A stretch of 64,000 nt of DNA, taken from Stegostoma tigrinum (Eukaryota). Each line of letters starts with the position of its first letter. Within the stretch, counting starts at the first letter, position 1. Below, piece by piece: positions 1 through 14,309 of this stretch. The stretch lies in NCBI RefSeq assembly GCF_030684315.1, contig NC_081371.1, positions 10,113,441-10,177,440 of the forward strand. Direction: 5' to 3'. The notes under the pieces were generated by a model, which saw only the letters and a program-made list of their open reading frames with translations, had not been told where the DNA came from and ran no database searches. Position numbers and translations under genes: made by a program.

Positions 1-160
1 AGAAATGCTTATTTAATTAAGATCATGGATCATACAGAAATACTTTAATAATAAAAAGCAGAGGGACCAGGTGAATGTATTAACATATTCAATAACATAG
101 AATAATACTGCATATTCAATACAAATGACAGCAAAGATTCCACTGGTGTGTGTGGGGAAT

Positions 161-1838
161 AGAACATAGAACATTACAGCACAGTACAGGTCCTTCGGCC
201 CTCGATGTTGTGCCGACCTGTCATACCGATCTCAAGTCCATCTAACCTACACTGTTCCATGTACGTCCATATGCTCGTCCAATGACGACTTTAATGTACC
301 TAAAGTTGGCGAATCTACTACCGTTGCAGGCAAAGTGTTCCATTCCCTTACTACTCTGAGTAAAGAAACTACCTCTGACATCTGTCCTATATATTTCACC
401 CCTCAATTTAAAGCTATGCCCCCTCGTGCTCGCCGTCACCATCCTAGGAGAAAGGCTCTCCCTATCCACCCTATCTAACCCTCTGATTATTTTATATGTT
501 TCAATTAAGTCACCTCTCAACCTTCTTCTCCCCAACGAAAACAGCCTCAAGTCCCTCAGCCTTTCCTCGTAAGACCTTCCCTCCATACCAGGCAACATCC
601 TAGTAAATCTCCTCTGCACCCTTTCCAGAGCTTCCACATCCTTCTTATAATGCGGTGACCAGAACTGTACACAATACTCCCAAGTGTGGCCGCACCAGAG
701 TTTTGTACAGCTTCATCATAACCTCTTGGTTCCGGAACTCGATCCCTCTATTAATAAAAGCTAAAACACTGTATGCCTTCTTAACAGCCCTGTCAACCTG
801 GGTGGCAACTTTCAAGGATCTGTGTACATGGACACCGAGATCTCTCTGCTCATCTACACTGCTAAGAATCTTACCATTAGCCCAGTACTTTGCCTTCCGG
901 TTACTCCTACCAAAGTGCATCACCTCACACTTGTCTGCATTAAACTCCATTTGCCACCTCTCAGCCCAGCTCTACAGCTTATCTATGTCTCTCTGCAACC
1001 TACAGCATCCTTCATCACTATCCACAATTCCACCGACCTTAAATGTCGTCTGCAAATTTACTAACCCATCCTTCTATGCCCTCATCCAGGTCATTTACAA
1101 AAATGACAAACAGCAGCGGACCCAACACCAACCCTTGTGGTACACCACTAGTAACTGGTCTCCAGGATGAACATTTCCCATCAACTACCACCCTCTGTCT
1201 TCTTTCAGCAAGCCAATTTCCGATCCAAACTGCTATATCTCCCACAATTCCATTCCTCCGCATTTTGTACAATAGCCTACTGTGGGGAAGATTATCGAAC
1301 ACCTTGCTGAAATCCATATATACCACATCAACCGGTTTACTCTCATCTACCTGTTTGGTCACCTGCTCAAAGAACTCAATAAGGTTTGTGAGGCACGACC
1401 TTCCCTTCACAAAACCGTGCTGACTATCCCTAATCAATTTATTCTTTTCTAGATGATTATAAATCCTACCCCTTGTAACCTTTACCAACATGTTACCAAC
1501 AACTGAGGTAAGGCTCACCGGTCTATAATTACCAGGGTTGTCTCTACTCCCCTTCTTGAACAGGGGAACCACATTTGCTATCCTCCAGTCATCTGGCACT
1601 ATTCCTGTAGACAATGACGATTTAAAGATCAATGCCAAAGGCTCGGCAATCTCCTCCCTGGCTTCCCAGAGGATCCGAGGATAAATCCCATCCGGCCCAG
1701 GGGACTTATCTATCTTCACCTTCTGAAGGATTTCTAATACCTCTTCCTTGTGAATCTCAATCCCACCTAGTCTAGTAGCCTGTATCTGAGTATTCTCCTC
1801 GACAACATTGTCGTTTTCTAGAGTGAATACTGTTGAAA
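161..1838 (-). mobile_element. CR1 LINE (HER1-like), 5'-truncated, young, frameshifted RT
   Basis: ORFs 1039-1719, 645-950 and 242-637 encode CR1 RT pieces ([42 protein letters not shown]); the 3' tail reads agaacatagaacat at 161. Confidence 0.95.
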
Positions 1839-3187
1839 AGAACAGAGGTTTGGAAGAATATCCTGTAAGTCAACAATCAAGAATGCATAAATGTATGCTC
1901 CTAAAATGTTAAACATAATCCTACCTGCCTCTCTGCACAAAGACTGTCTCATCGGATAAGTATTTTCAATCTTTTAATTTTACTTCAGATTTCCCACCTT
2001 CTCTATTTTTTGCATTGTATGTGTTAAATATGGTGTTAGTGGGAGATTGTCAGTATGTTATAATAAAGATTTTGTGTTTGCATTGTTTATTGATTTCACA
2101 TGGTTTGGGGCAAGTCAGAGATTACACAGTTTTATAACACATTGTATTAGTAATAATTTGAAATGTGAATGTTACAGGAAGCAATCATGATATTTACATG
2201 TCAAATGTAACTTTAAGTAGGTGTAGATGTTACAGGCACTTTACAAACAAGTGAAAATGACTGACAGGAAAAGACCTGCTGTTCCATCAAGCTTACTCTA
2301 TATATGACACCTGGAACACAAACTGAGACCCTCCTCACCAACTGTTCCCTATCGACCACAGCCAATTAATCATCTCTAAGAGGCAAAAGAAAAACCTGGA
2401 AAATTCCTTGCCTGAAAAGATCTGAAATCAGAACTCATTGCTGTTTAAGCATCAACTATTATTTGCAGAATACGGTTCCAAATCTCTACTAGTGTGTAGA
2501 GGTGTGTTCCCCGACTTAAATTATGTAACTTTTAGATTATGCTCTCTTTTCCTAGATTTTCCAACCAGCAGTAATAGCTTCTTTTTCTCCTCAGCAGCAG
2601 TTGTCATTTATATTTCCCCTAACAGCTTCCCTTAACATTTTAAAAACTACAATGAAATCATTTCTTTAACCACCTAAATTTCAGAAATACAATCTTAATG
2701 TGTATAATCATTCTTGGTAATTTAAGACTTGAAGTCTACCGATTCAAATAACTTTCATTTATATAATTTTTTTAAGTAACAAAAGATCTCAAGATGTTTC
2801 ATATAAGCATTATCAAATAGAATTTGACACTGAACTGTGTATAGCAATTTTAGTGTGTCAGACCAAAAGCTTGTTGAAATAGCATGTTTAAGGACTATCT
2901 ATAGAAAGAGGGGGATAAGCTGGCAGTGCAGTTTAACTGAGGACTTGCCAAACGTAGGACCTTGCTAGCTGATAACAGCAGAATGACAGAAAAAGTGGGA
3001 TGTGCAACAGGCTAAAATTGAAGCAGCACAAATTTTGGAAGGCTTTTGGAGAACAAAGATAAGGAGGTAGAGAGAACCCAGAGGGGTTTATATTTTTGCT
3101 CGTAAAGAAGAAATGCCTGGCCCAGAACCAATATGAGTCAGTGATTGCAGGGATAATGGTGAATGGGTGTTTAGTGCAACTGTTCAC

Positions 3188-3322
3188 TCTTGTTCAAGTA
3201 GGGTCACTGGACTCAAAACATTAACTCTGCTATCTCTCTTACAGATGCTGCGAGATCTGAGTTTCTCTAGCAATCTCTAATTCTGTTTCAGATTGTCAGC
3301 ATCTGCAGTTCTTGCTTTTAAC
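3188..3322 (+). mobile_element. Neptune-like PLE 3' end, single arm, with decayed hammerhead
   Basis: gggtcactggactcaaaacattaactctg...cagatgctg...agcatctgcagttc matches the terminal module of other copies (17461-17590, 33178-33413). Confidence 0.7.
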
Positions 3323-4459
3323 ACATTTCAAAAGTTGAACAAAATTTGGAAAATACAGACCTATCTTATGGCATAGCTAACAACTATAACATGGCTAGTA
3401 TTTCTCAAAGAACGAAAGATAACGTGAAAGAGGGTGATGCAGAAATTTTTAAACTGTTGAGAAATTTGCATCCAAAAATAATCTGAGACTCCATGCACCG
3501 TATGATTGAGAATGAAAGGGATAAAGGAAACTTCAATGCTTTGGCATTTAAATAGTGCTCGATCATCTTGTTCTTGAAGTAATGTATGCAAAATGAAAAG
3601 TAAGTGAACAAAATCCAAAAAAAACTCACTTGGTTGATTGAAAAAAAAACTAGGATAGAATGCCAATCTAACAGGCAACTAGTTATTGATCCTTACCCTC
3701 CAGATATATTTCTCAATATTAGAACAAAGCTTTTTTTTGGGCACTGCATGTATGGACAACGATGAAGGGACTGAAACACTACTCCCTAGAGCCTAACAAC
3801 ACTTGTTATCCAGATTTATAGTTAAAGAATGGCCACTCAAACAATGCAGGAGGGCTGTCAGAACCTATGATACCATAGTTATCCAGTCATTGCAAATTCA
3901 GGAGACCATTATGTATTACTAATCAGTCTTAAAATTAATCTCCCCCCAATCACGAATATCAGGTCTATTCCTTTACAAGCAAAATTGCACCAATATTTTT
4001 GACTAAATGCCTTTCCTTTATTTGAAACAAATAAATTATGTAAAGCATATCCATTTGAAATTAAAATAGGTTAGCGTCAGATGGAGAACAATATGATACA
4101 TCTTTTCTTACACATCCGACCCTCAACGTTCCCAGATGGGTCAGCACTTAAATGATTATGAATTTGGCAATAGTAGATATAAACCAAACTCTCATATGCA
4201 TATTAGATAAAAGAACAATCTCCTACCTCTGAATCTGTTCCCCAGAGGAATTCCTTACAGCTTCAGGAAAACATTGGACAGACATGTGGCAGTTTAATAT
4301 GGCGAGTATGAGACTGCTTCAAGAGAAAAACAGAAGAAATTTAATGCAAAGATGCTGGAAAATGAGTGATCAGAGAGGCATATCTAATATTTTCAATAAC
4401 TTTCTCGAAATTGTTTGGACATGCAGATAAAGCCATAGAAAGGTTCAGAGAATTAAGAG

Positions 4460-5190
4460 TTAGTGTCATACAGCATGTGAACAACTGGTGCATGCCGACC
4501 AGGTTTCCCAAACTAAACTAGTCCCATTTACTTGTGTTTGGCCCATAACCTTGTAATGTTTCCTATTCAGGTAACTGTCCAAATGTCTTTTTAAATGTTG
4601 TAACTGTATCTGCATCTACCATTTCCTCTAACAGTACATTCCACATACAAACCAACCTCTGAAAAGTTGCCCTTCAAGTCCCTTTTAAATTTTTCTCTTC
4701 ACACCTTAAAATTATGCCTTCTAGTTTTGAACTCCCTTTCCCTCGAGGGATTCATCTTATTTATGAACCTTATGATTTTATAAACCTTTATAAAGGTCAC
4801 CCCTCAACCTCCTATGCCAAGGAAAATGTCCCAGCGTCTCCTTTTAACCCAAACTCTCCAATCCTATTAACACCTTTGTACATTCTTTCCTGCAACTTTT
4901 CCAATATAATAATATCTTTAATACAGCAGGACAACCAGAATTCTACACAGCACTCCAAATGTGGTCTTACCAACAACCATAAAATGACATCCCAACTCCT
5001 ATACTCAAGGAAGGCAAGCATCCCATACGCTTTCTTAACCATCCTGTCTACCTGTGACACAATTTTCAAAAAAACCACGTACCTGAAACTCCTAGTTCCT
5101 CTGTTGAGCAACCTACCATTAACTATATAAGTCCTGCCCTTGTTCAGCTTACCAAAAATGCAATACCTTGTATTTAACAAGTTACATCAC
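4460..5190 (-). mobile_element. CR1 LINE 3' fragment
   Basis: ORF 4812-5180 (VKKAYGMLAF...LVRPHLECCVEFW) plus a CR1 3'UTR. Confidence 0.85.
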
Positions 5191-7689
5191 ACCGCAGCGT
5201 ACTAAATAACCAAAAGGCACGTCTCATAACTAAGTGAAATTTGTCTCTGAATTTGCTTCAAATGATCACTAGATAATATCTTTGCATTGAGAAAAACTGC
5301 ATATCTTCCTGTCCAAACAAAAGGAGGACAGAAGCTAATTAAATCACTCACCTCACCTAAATCAACTCAAACACATATTGAACGTCCTATTGTTTATATG
5401 TTTCTTAACTTAATAATTCGCTTAACCAAAGTAACCTTTTCTAGATTACAAGTGACCACACTTAAAAAGTAAATACATTAGTACAAAACACTTTAAGAGT
5501 ACAGTGATACTTTGGAAAGCACTATTTAAATGAAATTTTCACCAGACAAAATAAATTGCAAGTATAGTGTATATAACTTCAGTATGATCTGAAGTATTAG
5601 AATGGTACAATAACCTACTTCAATCAACATTATCCCTCATTTTACATTCCATTCACTTAAATTGATTATTGAGACGATAGGTTTATTTCATTACCTTTTA
5701 CAGTTATGTGGCTCGATATCAATTTAGATAAGGAGGCCAAATCCTCCAAAGCAAAACTTATTTATTCTTGGATTTGGGTTGGTACAGCCTAATAAATTAA
5801 CTTATCTGTGGCAAACTGATAATGGAAGAATCTGAGGATGTCAAAGATATTTCCTGCCACAAGATGTCATAAAATACAGCAAACTTTGTTTTACCTGGCA
5901 CCTGATGAACCAGCATTCTAGATAAACTGACAAAAATTATACACCACAAATAACAGAAGTTAATGTATTATCACAATGTCAGAGGATGCCAGTGAGAAGG
6001 TGCTCTAGCAGCAAGTTCTAATGGCAAAGTTACATTATTATTTGTGATGTATGCTGTAAATGAAGTGTAACAGTGATGTATATACGCCTGCATTATGTTT
6101 CTATTGTTTAACAAGTTTTTTTTCTTGATCGAATGGAATATTTCATCAACCAGGCACACTCTTGTTCCCACAGGTGTCTGTTAATAAAAAAATTTGCTAT
6201 GACACACATTATTGTAGTTTGTTCATGTTCAAGTACTGAATTAGATTTATTTATAAATAAGGATATACAGAAGCAAAACATACAAGCAAGCAACATAATA
6301 TTAATTAGAATAAAAACAAATTATGAAAACACTCAGTTGAACTGGCAGCATCTGTGAAAGATCACAGTTGATGTTTTACGCCCATGTCTAGAACATTCAT
6401 GCAGTTTTTATGGTGCGTGACACATTAAATGGCAAATGTATCAACTAATTACATTTATTTACACCACTGCCTTTACTTCTTAAAATAAAGCATTACTGAT
6501 AAAATGCATTGAAAGAGCACTATATTGTGGCAGAGAAAACAACAAATAACAAAAATTTGTATACCAGTCAAATGTTAAAAATAAAGGCATTTATTTGGTT
6601 AAATATTAAATATAACCAACGATTTGGTTAGCTGTGCATTAAATTCCTTATGCAAGATTTCCTCAGCTAATAAAACTTTCTGGAATCCAGCTCCCCAACT
6701 AGGAAAAATATTACAAAAATGATCAACGTAATCTAAACCAATAGCTGACATCATGCAAACAGAAATTGGTTTGAGCAGGTCTAAGGAACAAAAGTGAAAT
6801 CTAGCAATCAAAGTCTGACAATGTAGTATCTTTGGAAATGAAGAAAGAGAATCAAAACAGGTTTAAGAACTAGTAGATAAATGAATAGAAAATATACAAA
6901 TGAAACCTTTAAGATGTAAGAACTGTGTACCAAACAAGAACGGCTGTTGATTAGCAAAGATGGTAATCACAAAGCAAATGGCTAAATCTATCCTGCAAAC
7001 CATGCAGAATGAATGTGAGATTTGCAAACAAAACTTGAATTTTATAGGTCAGCAGCTATTGTATTAGATTATTTTCTTAGCTCTTAAGCCTTCACATATT
7101 TGAAGCCTGTATTTGGAACACTTTCATTTAGACATTGATAAGTGAAAGATACAACATGCATGAGGTTTGCAATAGGGATCCTAGTTTCAGAGAGAAGTCT
7201 TGAAATGGAATGATTAATGGCTTACCTGCTTCAAAACACGATAAACTGGTGCTTCGTGTCGAGAAGATGACGGCAGCAGGCAGTTTACATCTCCTTTATA
7301 CTACTGATGATTTAAGGAAAAATAGACATCTGAGCAGAAGTTCAAACATTGAAATGCTAACTTGTGATCAATAGACAGCTGATTAGCAGACTACTCTGAC
7401 AGGTTTACACAGATCAATGCATGTTAAATGAAATACATTAGAAATCATGGAAACATGTCTATAAAGAAAAATACTAAAACATTTGCAGAAAGGGTAACAA
7501 AGAGGCTGTGAAAACTGCACTAATAGAGGTAACAACACAACAAATAAAACAAGGGACACAACTAACAGGATAGAAATAATTGCTACACATTTTTCAGGCC
7601 AGCTAATTATAGAAACAAGGTAGGGAAAAAAATGCAAGTGAATATGAATAAAGAATATCGAGACATTTTAACTGATCTGCATATGAAGA

Positions 7690-9650
7690 AGTGAATGGGA
7701 TACAGGCAGTACAGCTTTTACAGTTTAAGACTTATTTCTTGTCCAATATGTAACAGGCCCTAGAGAGAAGGAACATGGCTAAATACAGCAATGGTGAATG
7801 AATCAAAACAGAAAACAAAGTGTGCTTTGGAGAACATCTAGGCAATCACAATCAGTTCAAGTTTGGAGTGTATGCAAGACAAAAAGTCCAAAGTAATAAA
7901 TTGGAAAATGGCTGACTTTAAAGGGCACAAGAATTGAAATAGGGGAAATATACTGGAAAAATCTAAATACAGTAGTATGAAACACTTAAAGTGGTTGTTG
8001 GTGCTCCAAGAACAATATATCCTACTAAAAAGAAAAAGTTATGATACATTATTAATGAATAAAGAAATAAAAGAAGAAAGAAAGGAAGAAGTATACTTTA
8101 TATAGATGACACAAAAGAACACAAGTATTATGCAAGTTAAAGCAATTAAGAAGATAAAGAGAAACTCAATTAAGGAATGTAAAAAGTGATCAATTTGTAA
8201 ACAACAGAGAACAAAAATCAGAATAATGATAGAGTGCTAAGGGATATGCACAACAAATGTACAGGTAATGACATTTAACCAACAAATATTTGTTCTATTT
8301 GTCCTAAGTATTAACAAGGGTGTTAAAATGATTGGAATGACATTACAGGAAATCAGAAAATTGTAAATACAAATGATAGAAAAGGGTGAGTTAACGAGAA
8401 AAACTACTTAAGATGAGAGAATTAAACCCCTGGCCCAGATGGGTATTATCTACACATTAAAAAATAGGAAAGAGATAAATGTACTAGATAAATGTTTCAA
8501 AAAAAAAGTTGTGCCTGACCAACCTTTCTGAAATTGGGAAGAGAAAGAGCCTACAAAGTAAATGCAGTGGTGCAATAAATAGGATTTTCCAAAGGCCTTC
8601 AATAATGTACTGAAATAGTGGACACACAATAATTAAAGCCATACCAAATGGACTCAAGACAGGAAGAACAATAAACAGAAAGGTGGCTGCAAAACAGAAA
8701 ACAGATACCAAGGGGTAAAAATATTCATTACACTAGTAAAAATGGTAGGAAATGCTGTTCCACAAATATTGGTGCTGAAACCTCAGCTGTTCATCACCTA
8801 CACAAAAGAAATAAACTGAAGAAATCAAAATACAACTGTACAATTTGCACATGGCATTAAGTTTTCTCATTCATGTTTTTATCTCTAATGCCTCATGTGT
8901 TTAGTGCACTCCCATTAACTATCCTATGTAAACTTGTACTCACCCAAAACTCTGGCTCATGCCAATGCTTGCTGAAATTCATTGGCTCCTGGATCAACAT
9001 CTCAACTTTAAAACTCTCATCCTCAAGTTTCAATTCGTCTGTGGCTTTACCCCTTCCCATATGTGGAGAGTCTTCAAACCTTACATGTATGAGTTCTGTT
9101 TGATGCTTTGATTCTGGCTTCTGTTGCATCAGTAACCATCATTTCAGTAGTCTTGGCTTCCAACTTTGGAATTCACTTTCTAAACATCCCTCATCTAAGA
9201 GAATGGTTCTTAAAACCTGCCTTGATCAAACATTTGGTCACCTGCCATGATACTGCCTAGGCAGGCTTGTTTTTTGCTAAATTAGCATTACAAAATATCC
9301 TAAAATGTTTAAGAGCAATTTTAAATTTAAGTAGTTTCAGAAATGTGATTGAAGAACAATCTGATGTCATTAAAATGAATGAAGTACTTGGTGGCGTACA
9401 CAGGAGAAAGATGTTTTTACTTGTAATGGGGAGGAGGAGCCAAAAATTTAGACATAATAAATAAATTGTTACTTATGCAACCAGAGGGAATTCAGAAGAA
9501 TCTTCTTTATCTGGACAGGGATAACAATGCAAGGAACAATCAAGGCAACTACCATAGATGGATTTGGATGGACTTACATAAATATGTGAGAAAAATAGTT
9601 TAATAGGGTTGGATGAACAAATGTGTGAGATCTGTGCAGAACATGGCCTT
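7690..9650 (+). mobile_element. Highly decayed CR1 remnant(s)
   Basis: Degenerate PGPDG codons at ~8428 (cctggcccagatggg), DF.KAF-like at ~8583 and CR1 3' motifs at 9350-9650; interrupted. Confidence 0.55.
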
Positions 9651-9779
9651 TTTGGGAAATTAGGCCAAATTTCTGTAACTGTAGTAGGTATCTGCGTAAA
9701 GAGGTCTAAGACTATGTGAATCTAACCACAAAAGTGTAAGCATTTCCTGAGCTATATTAAGATATCTAATCTTAAGGAG

Positions 9780-9955
9780 CATGACTTTGCCATTACCGAG
9801 AGATCGCAGGTAGTGGTTTAATCTGAGGGTCATACCTTGGATGAGATGTGAGGTCGAGGAGTCGTCGTTCATGGGAACCTCAACCAGTACAGGAACTGAA
9901 CCCATGCTGTTGGCTTCAGTGTGCGTCATAAAACCAGCAAACTGAGCTAACTGAC
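9780..9955 (-). mobile_element. tRNA-derived SINE remnant
   Basis: The reverse complement starts with A-box-like gttagctcagtttg and B-box-like gggttcagttcc. Confidence 0.55.
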
Positions 9956-10249
9956 TAGCAAGAACATCAGATCACCAGATGCTAAAGACTGCAGCTAATT
10001 GGAATGTGCTTAGCAGTAATTTTGGGGTTACCACCTCCAGTCACAGCCATATATTATGATCACACACTACAACAATATAATTGCATCAAACTGACAAGAA
10101 AGGCAAAAAGATGGAAAAGTCAGTTATTGGTTGATTTATTTTTACTTACATGCACTAGCCAATTTTCCACACTATCATCAAATTAGATGATGAAGTGCTT
10201 TATACCGACAGAGCATTAACATATATAACCTACATGTATTATTCTGCTG

Positions 10250-10464
10250 ATAGCAGGAACTGCAGGTACTGGAGAAAATGAGAAAACAAGGTGTAGAGCT
10301 AGATGACCACAGTAGGCCAAGCAGCATCAGAGGAGCAGGCAGGCTGACCTTTCAGGCTGAGACTCTTCTTCAGAAAAAGGGTCTAGGCCCGAAACGTCAG
10401 CCTTCCTGCTCCTCTGATGCTGCTTGGCCTGCAGTGTTCATCCAGCTCCACATCTTGTTATCTC
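10250..10464. mobile_element. Palindromic Neptune-PLE mini-element
   Basis: Inverted arms around ~10372; 13-bp TSD TATTATTCTGCTG at 10237-10249 and 10465-10477; hammerhead 3' half gggtctaggcccGAAACGTC. Confidence 0.85.
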
Positions 10465-11820
10465 TATTATTCTGCTGCTAAGTTGAAGTTCTGCTGAAAC
10501 AAATTTTCTTGTTAAAGTAGGAGGGTCAAGCTTTTTAACTTTATTGGCTGCCTACATACAACACTTAGATTTTTGCAGTTATCTTGTAAATGGCGAATTA
10601 CTATTGCTGTTTATCCTAAACAGTGGGTACAAATGGTTGTTCATGCTCTAATTTTGCATTTATTCACCAAGTGAGACAATAGCAGCAAGATCTCCTTTCG
10701 AACTAACAGACCTTTGAAATTATAACAGCATAACCAGCAAGAAAGAAACACATGTGTAAGTAGAGAATTTGAGAGAGTCAGTATATCAGAACTTATAGGC
10801 TGCAAAATAGCCAATGTGCTGTAATTTAAACACCACTACATTAAGTCCATGAAGTCTAGTTTGATCCAGAGATCCTGTCTGAAGTCAGTATTCAATGACT
10901 GGTGAGATGATATTCCAGTTTCAAAGTTGCTTCCAATCAAAATCAAGATAAAACACCTTAGAATAACTGCCATTCTTTCCTAATAAATAAAAATTAATAC
11001 TTGAAATTGTGATACATGATCTCAAAGCTTTTATACTTAACTTTTAACAAAGATTCATTGAACGGAAACATTAAACGTTTCTCAGTCTGTCGAAGATGCC
11101 TAATCTGCTGCCAGAATTTTATCCAGAATTTTATTTTTATTTTGGAAGTATTATAATTTTGCTTTCATTTGGCTAGATGAGCCAAATGCATAAACTGAAA
11201 TGCTATAATTTACAAGAGAAGTAACAGTTTAAAGATATAATCCAGCAATTTGGGACTATAAAGTTAATAAAGCAAAATAAGGAGGATGATACAATTTCTA
11301 CAAAACATGACACTACAATTGTGATGTATTGAAAGGAAATCACAATGCCCTCAGTTTGCGGGGGAGAGGGAGAGAGCGAATGAACTTTACACATTGTAAG
11401 GGAAGAAGAGGAGCTCAAAAATGGACTTATTTTTATACACAAGTTTTCAATCTGTGTTTCTCATTCCTAATGCCTGCAGTGGTAATTGAGAATCACTGAC
11501 TGATACATCATAGATTATTTTCCCATTGCAGTTAACTATGTTTAATGGGAATTGTTTGCATACTTAGATTGCAAGATACTGTTTCCCCAAGGGGGTGAAA
11601 ACAATTTTGTCCAGCCAGTGTGGAGGTTTGCATCATGACAATGAATAATGAATGCACTTCAAAAGAAAAACTCAGGAATTACAAAAAAGTATTAAAATGT
11701 CCGGTCCACAAATCTTTCATAAGAGATAACAAGGTGCGGAGCTAGATGAATACAGCAGGCCAAGCAGCACCAGAGGAGCAGGACAAGAGCCTGAAACTAT
11801 TGTCTAAAATAATCTGGAGT

Positions 11821-11826
11821 TTTATT
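11821..11826 (-). promoter_or_regulatory. Candidate proximal poly(A) signal of ZCRB1
   Basis: AATAAA on the minus strand 55 nt downstream of the stop codon; other AATAAA hexamers lie further downstream. Confidence 0.4.
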
Positions 11827-11880
11827 TTCAAACACCAAATCTCCATTACACATTTATATTCCTTGTTGTTACAAAAAAAA

Positions 11881-12021
11881 TTAATCACTCAGCTCCTCTT
11901 CATCACTGAAATATGCACTCTTTTTTATTCGTGGACGTTTCGACAGTTCAGATGTTGAACATTCACTTGCATCACCAGCAGTCTGTTTACGTCTAAGCTC
12001 TTCCGCCTCAATTTTTGCTTG
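11881..12021 (-). CDS. ZCRB1: ZCRB1 last coding exon ([12 protein letters not shown]...[18 protein letters not shown])
   Basis: Acceptor tttttctcaacag; 141 nt ending in TAA; matches the conserved ZCRB1 C-terminus [18 protein letters not shown]. Confidence 0.97.
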   Translation of the reverse strand, partial: QAKIEAEELRRKQTAGDASECSTSELSKRPRIKKSAYFSDEEELSD

Positions 12022-12489
12022 CTGTTGAGAAAAAGTGTTAAGATATTATGAGGACACTGATGTCATTCATTTATTTATGAAACACACTCAGCCAGACTTT
12101 CCAATTCAAATTTTCTGAAATGCTTGTTGAATATCATAACCGTTACACTACCAAATTATCCATGGGCTGTGATTTCTATGGATGCAAGTTATAATGGTAA
12201 ACTAAATAAACCTGGTACTTATTGAATAAAAACAAAAAGGGGGAATTTATGGTTACTGGCTTACTAATGCACTTCAGAGAAGTTATTATGCAGGCTCTAC
12301 CTAGTCTGGCCTATGTGTGTCTTCAGTCCCAAACAATGATCATTCTCCCCTCAGTCTCATTCAACACCAGCTTTCAGTATGTCCTGTCCCGCTATTAAGA
12401 TGGTAGATTTGACCTGGAATCATCAGTATGGTTCCAGACCTCATGAAGTATCATGGGTTAGAGTCAGCTAAAGACAGGGAAAGTACTGA

Positions 12490-12727
12490 AAATAAAACAA
12501 GAACTGCAGATGCTGAAGATGTGAAATGAACTAAAACTAAGTGCTTGAAAAACTCAGCAGGTTTGGCGGCATCGGTAGACAGAAACAGAGTTAATGTTTT
12601 GAAACCAATCATCCTCTGTCAGAACAGTTTGACATTGGATCTTTGGACTTAAAGCATTGTCTGCATTTTGCTCTCCACAGATATTGCCACTCTTGCTGAG
12701 TTCCTTGAGCACGCCCCATTTTTGTTT
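12490..12727. mobile_element. Old palindromic Neptune-PLE mini-element
   Basis: aactcagcaggtttggcggcatc...cagagttaatgtttt mirrored by ctctccacagatattgccactcttgctgagtt. Confidence 0.65.
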
Positions 12728-13249
12728 GCTCTAGAGAAAGCATTAACTAATTCTCAAATGCATGGCTCCCAAAAACATCTCTAAGTATGCATCAAGTTGC
12801 AGGTGACAATTTTCACGACTAAAAGCAAATTAGTATTACCACCACTAACCATGCTGTCCAAGTCCGAAAGACACAATAGCTGGGCTACACCAATGTGAGG
12901 TGATAAGGGATCCCGTTCAGGAATAACCTATTGAACCTTAGCTTACCAATTTTCCTCTCACAGGCATGGTTATACAGCATGATTGTTGAAAAGGCAGCAA
13001 GGGTACAAATAGTAATGGTACTCCCATGTTGATTTGGATGTCCAGAAAGGCAAATAGTCCAAACGTGTGATGAAATCTACAATCTCATTATCCAGAATAC
13101 CCTCCCAACTACATTAAAAAGTACAGAAAAAAGTCAGTTTAATGGCTACTATAAAAAAGCATACAAAGGAGCATACTTCTGTGAGCAGCTACAATACAGG
13201 AATTTCTACATGTTAAACAACATTCAGCAGATCAGGCTAACAATATCCA

Positions 13250-13620
13250 GGCAGACGGTGACATAGTGGTAATATCACTGGACTAGTAGCCCAGAGACCC
13301 AGTCTAATGTTCTGGGGACACAGTTTGGAAGCCACAATGACAGATAGTAAAATGTGAATTCAATAAAATCCAGAATTAAAAGCTAACCTAATGGTGATCA
13401 TATAACTATTGTTATAATTAACAATGTTGGTTCACCAATATCCTAAAAAAGAAAAGAAATCTGGCCTGGTATACGTAATTTTAGACCAATAGCAATGTGG
13501 TTGACTCTTAATTGCCCTGTAAAATGGCTGAGCAAGCCACTCAATTAAAAGGTGATGAGGGATGGGCAACAAATTCCAGCCTTGCCAGTAGCACCTGCAA
13601 CTTAAAACAAGAATTTAAAA
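13250..13620 (+). mobile_element. tRNA-derived shark SINE (3' tail shared with L2-like LINE)
   Basis: tRNA-like head (tagtggtaatatcactggactag) and tail gggatgggcaacaaattccagc; homologous to 60561-60910. Confidence 0.8.
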
Positions 13621-14309
13621 ATGTTCAAAACCTATGCACCAGAACTAACTTTTTCACTCTCAAAATATTCCAATGTATTGATGATTCTGGCATTCACATG
13701 CAATGTGGAAAATTGCATTGGAATACTTCATCCTCAAAAAAAAACACAAATATACCTCACCAGCTGCTGCCCTAGTAGTCTTCTCAATCATCAGCAAAAT
13801 GTTTGAAAGAGCCATGGAAATTCTCTTGGGTGCTCTGACCAGTAATTATCCCTCATTCAATGTCAAAACAAAAAGAACAGATCACAGGTCATTACAAACT
13901 TACTGTGTGAAATTTGGCTACAGTATTTCCAACTTTGTAATGCTTAAATATTTTACAATCGGGTACTTTAGGAGTATTAAGCACAAGGTGTTCTACACTG
14001 CAGTGCCACCATGTACTTATCTGCAAGCACATGACTGAATTTCCATGTCCGTTCTTAAGAATATCAGGCTCCAAAGCATCTCACTGTTTTGATTAAGGAA
14101 AATATGCAACTGCCAGTAAATTTCATCAACATTAAGAGAACAATTTATTAAGTATAGTAAAACCAATCCCGGCAAAACTGAATGCACGAATCCATTGAAA
14201 TTTCTTTAGTTGCTGCATTCAAATTTGACGCAAAAGGAAGGCATACAACATGGTTGCCGGCAGCTAACAACTGCAATCTGAGGACTTAAAGAAGTCTTGA
14301 AGAAATGCC

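Noticed and set aside
655-1423. Plus-strand ORFs of 171 and 126 aa
   Set aside because: Antisense shadows of the CR1 RT frame.
10250-10464. Interpretation of the short palindromes as DNA-transposon MITEs or pre-miRNAs
   Set aside because: TSD lengths vary (8-15 bp), the ends are asymmetric, and the arms match the terminus of an RT-encoding PLE. Small-RNA production is not excluded but is unsupported.
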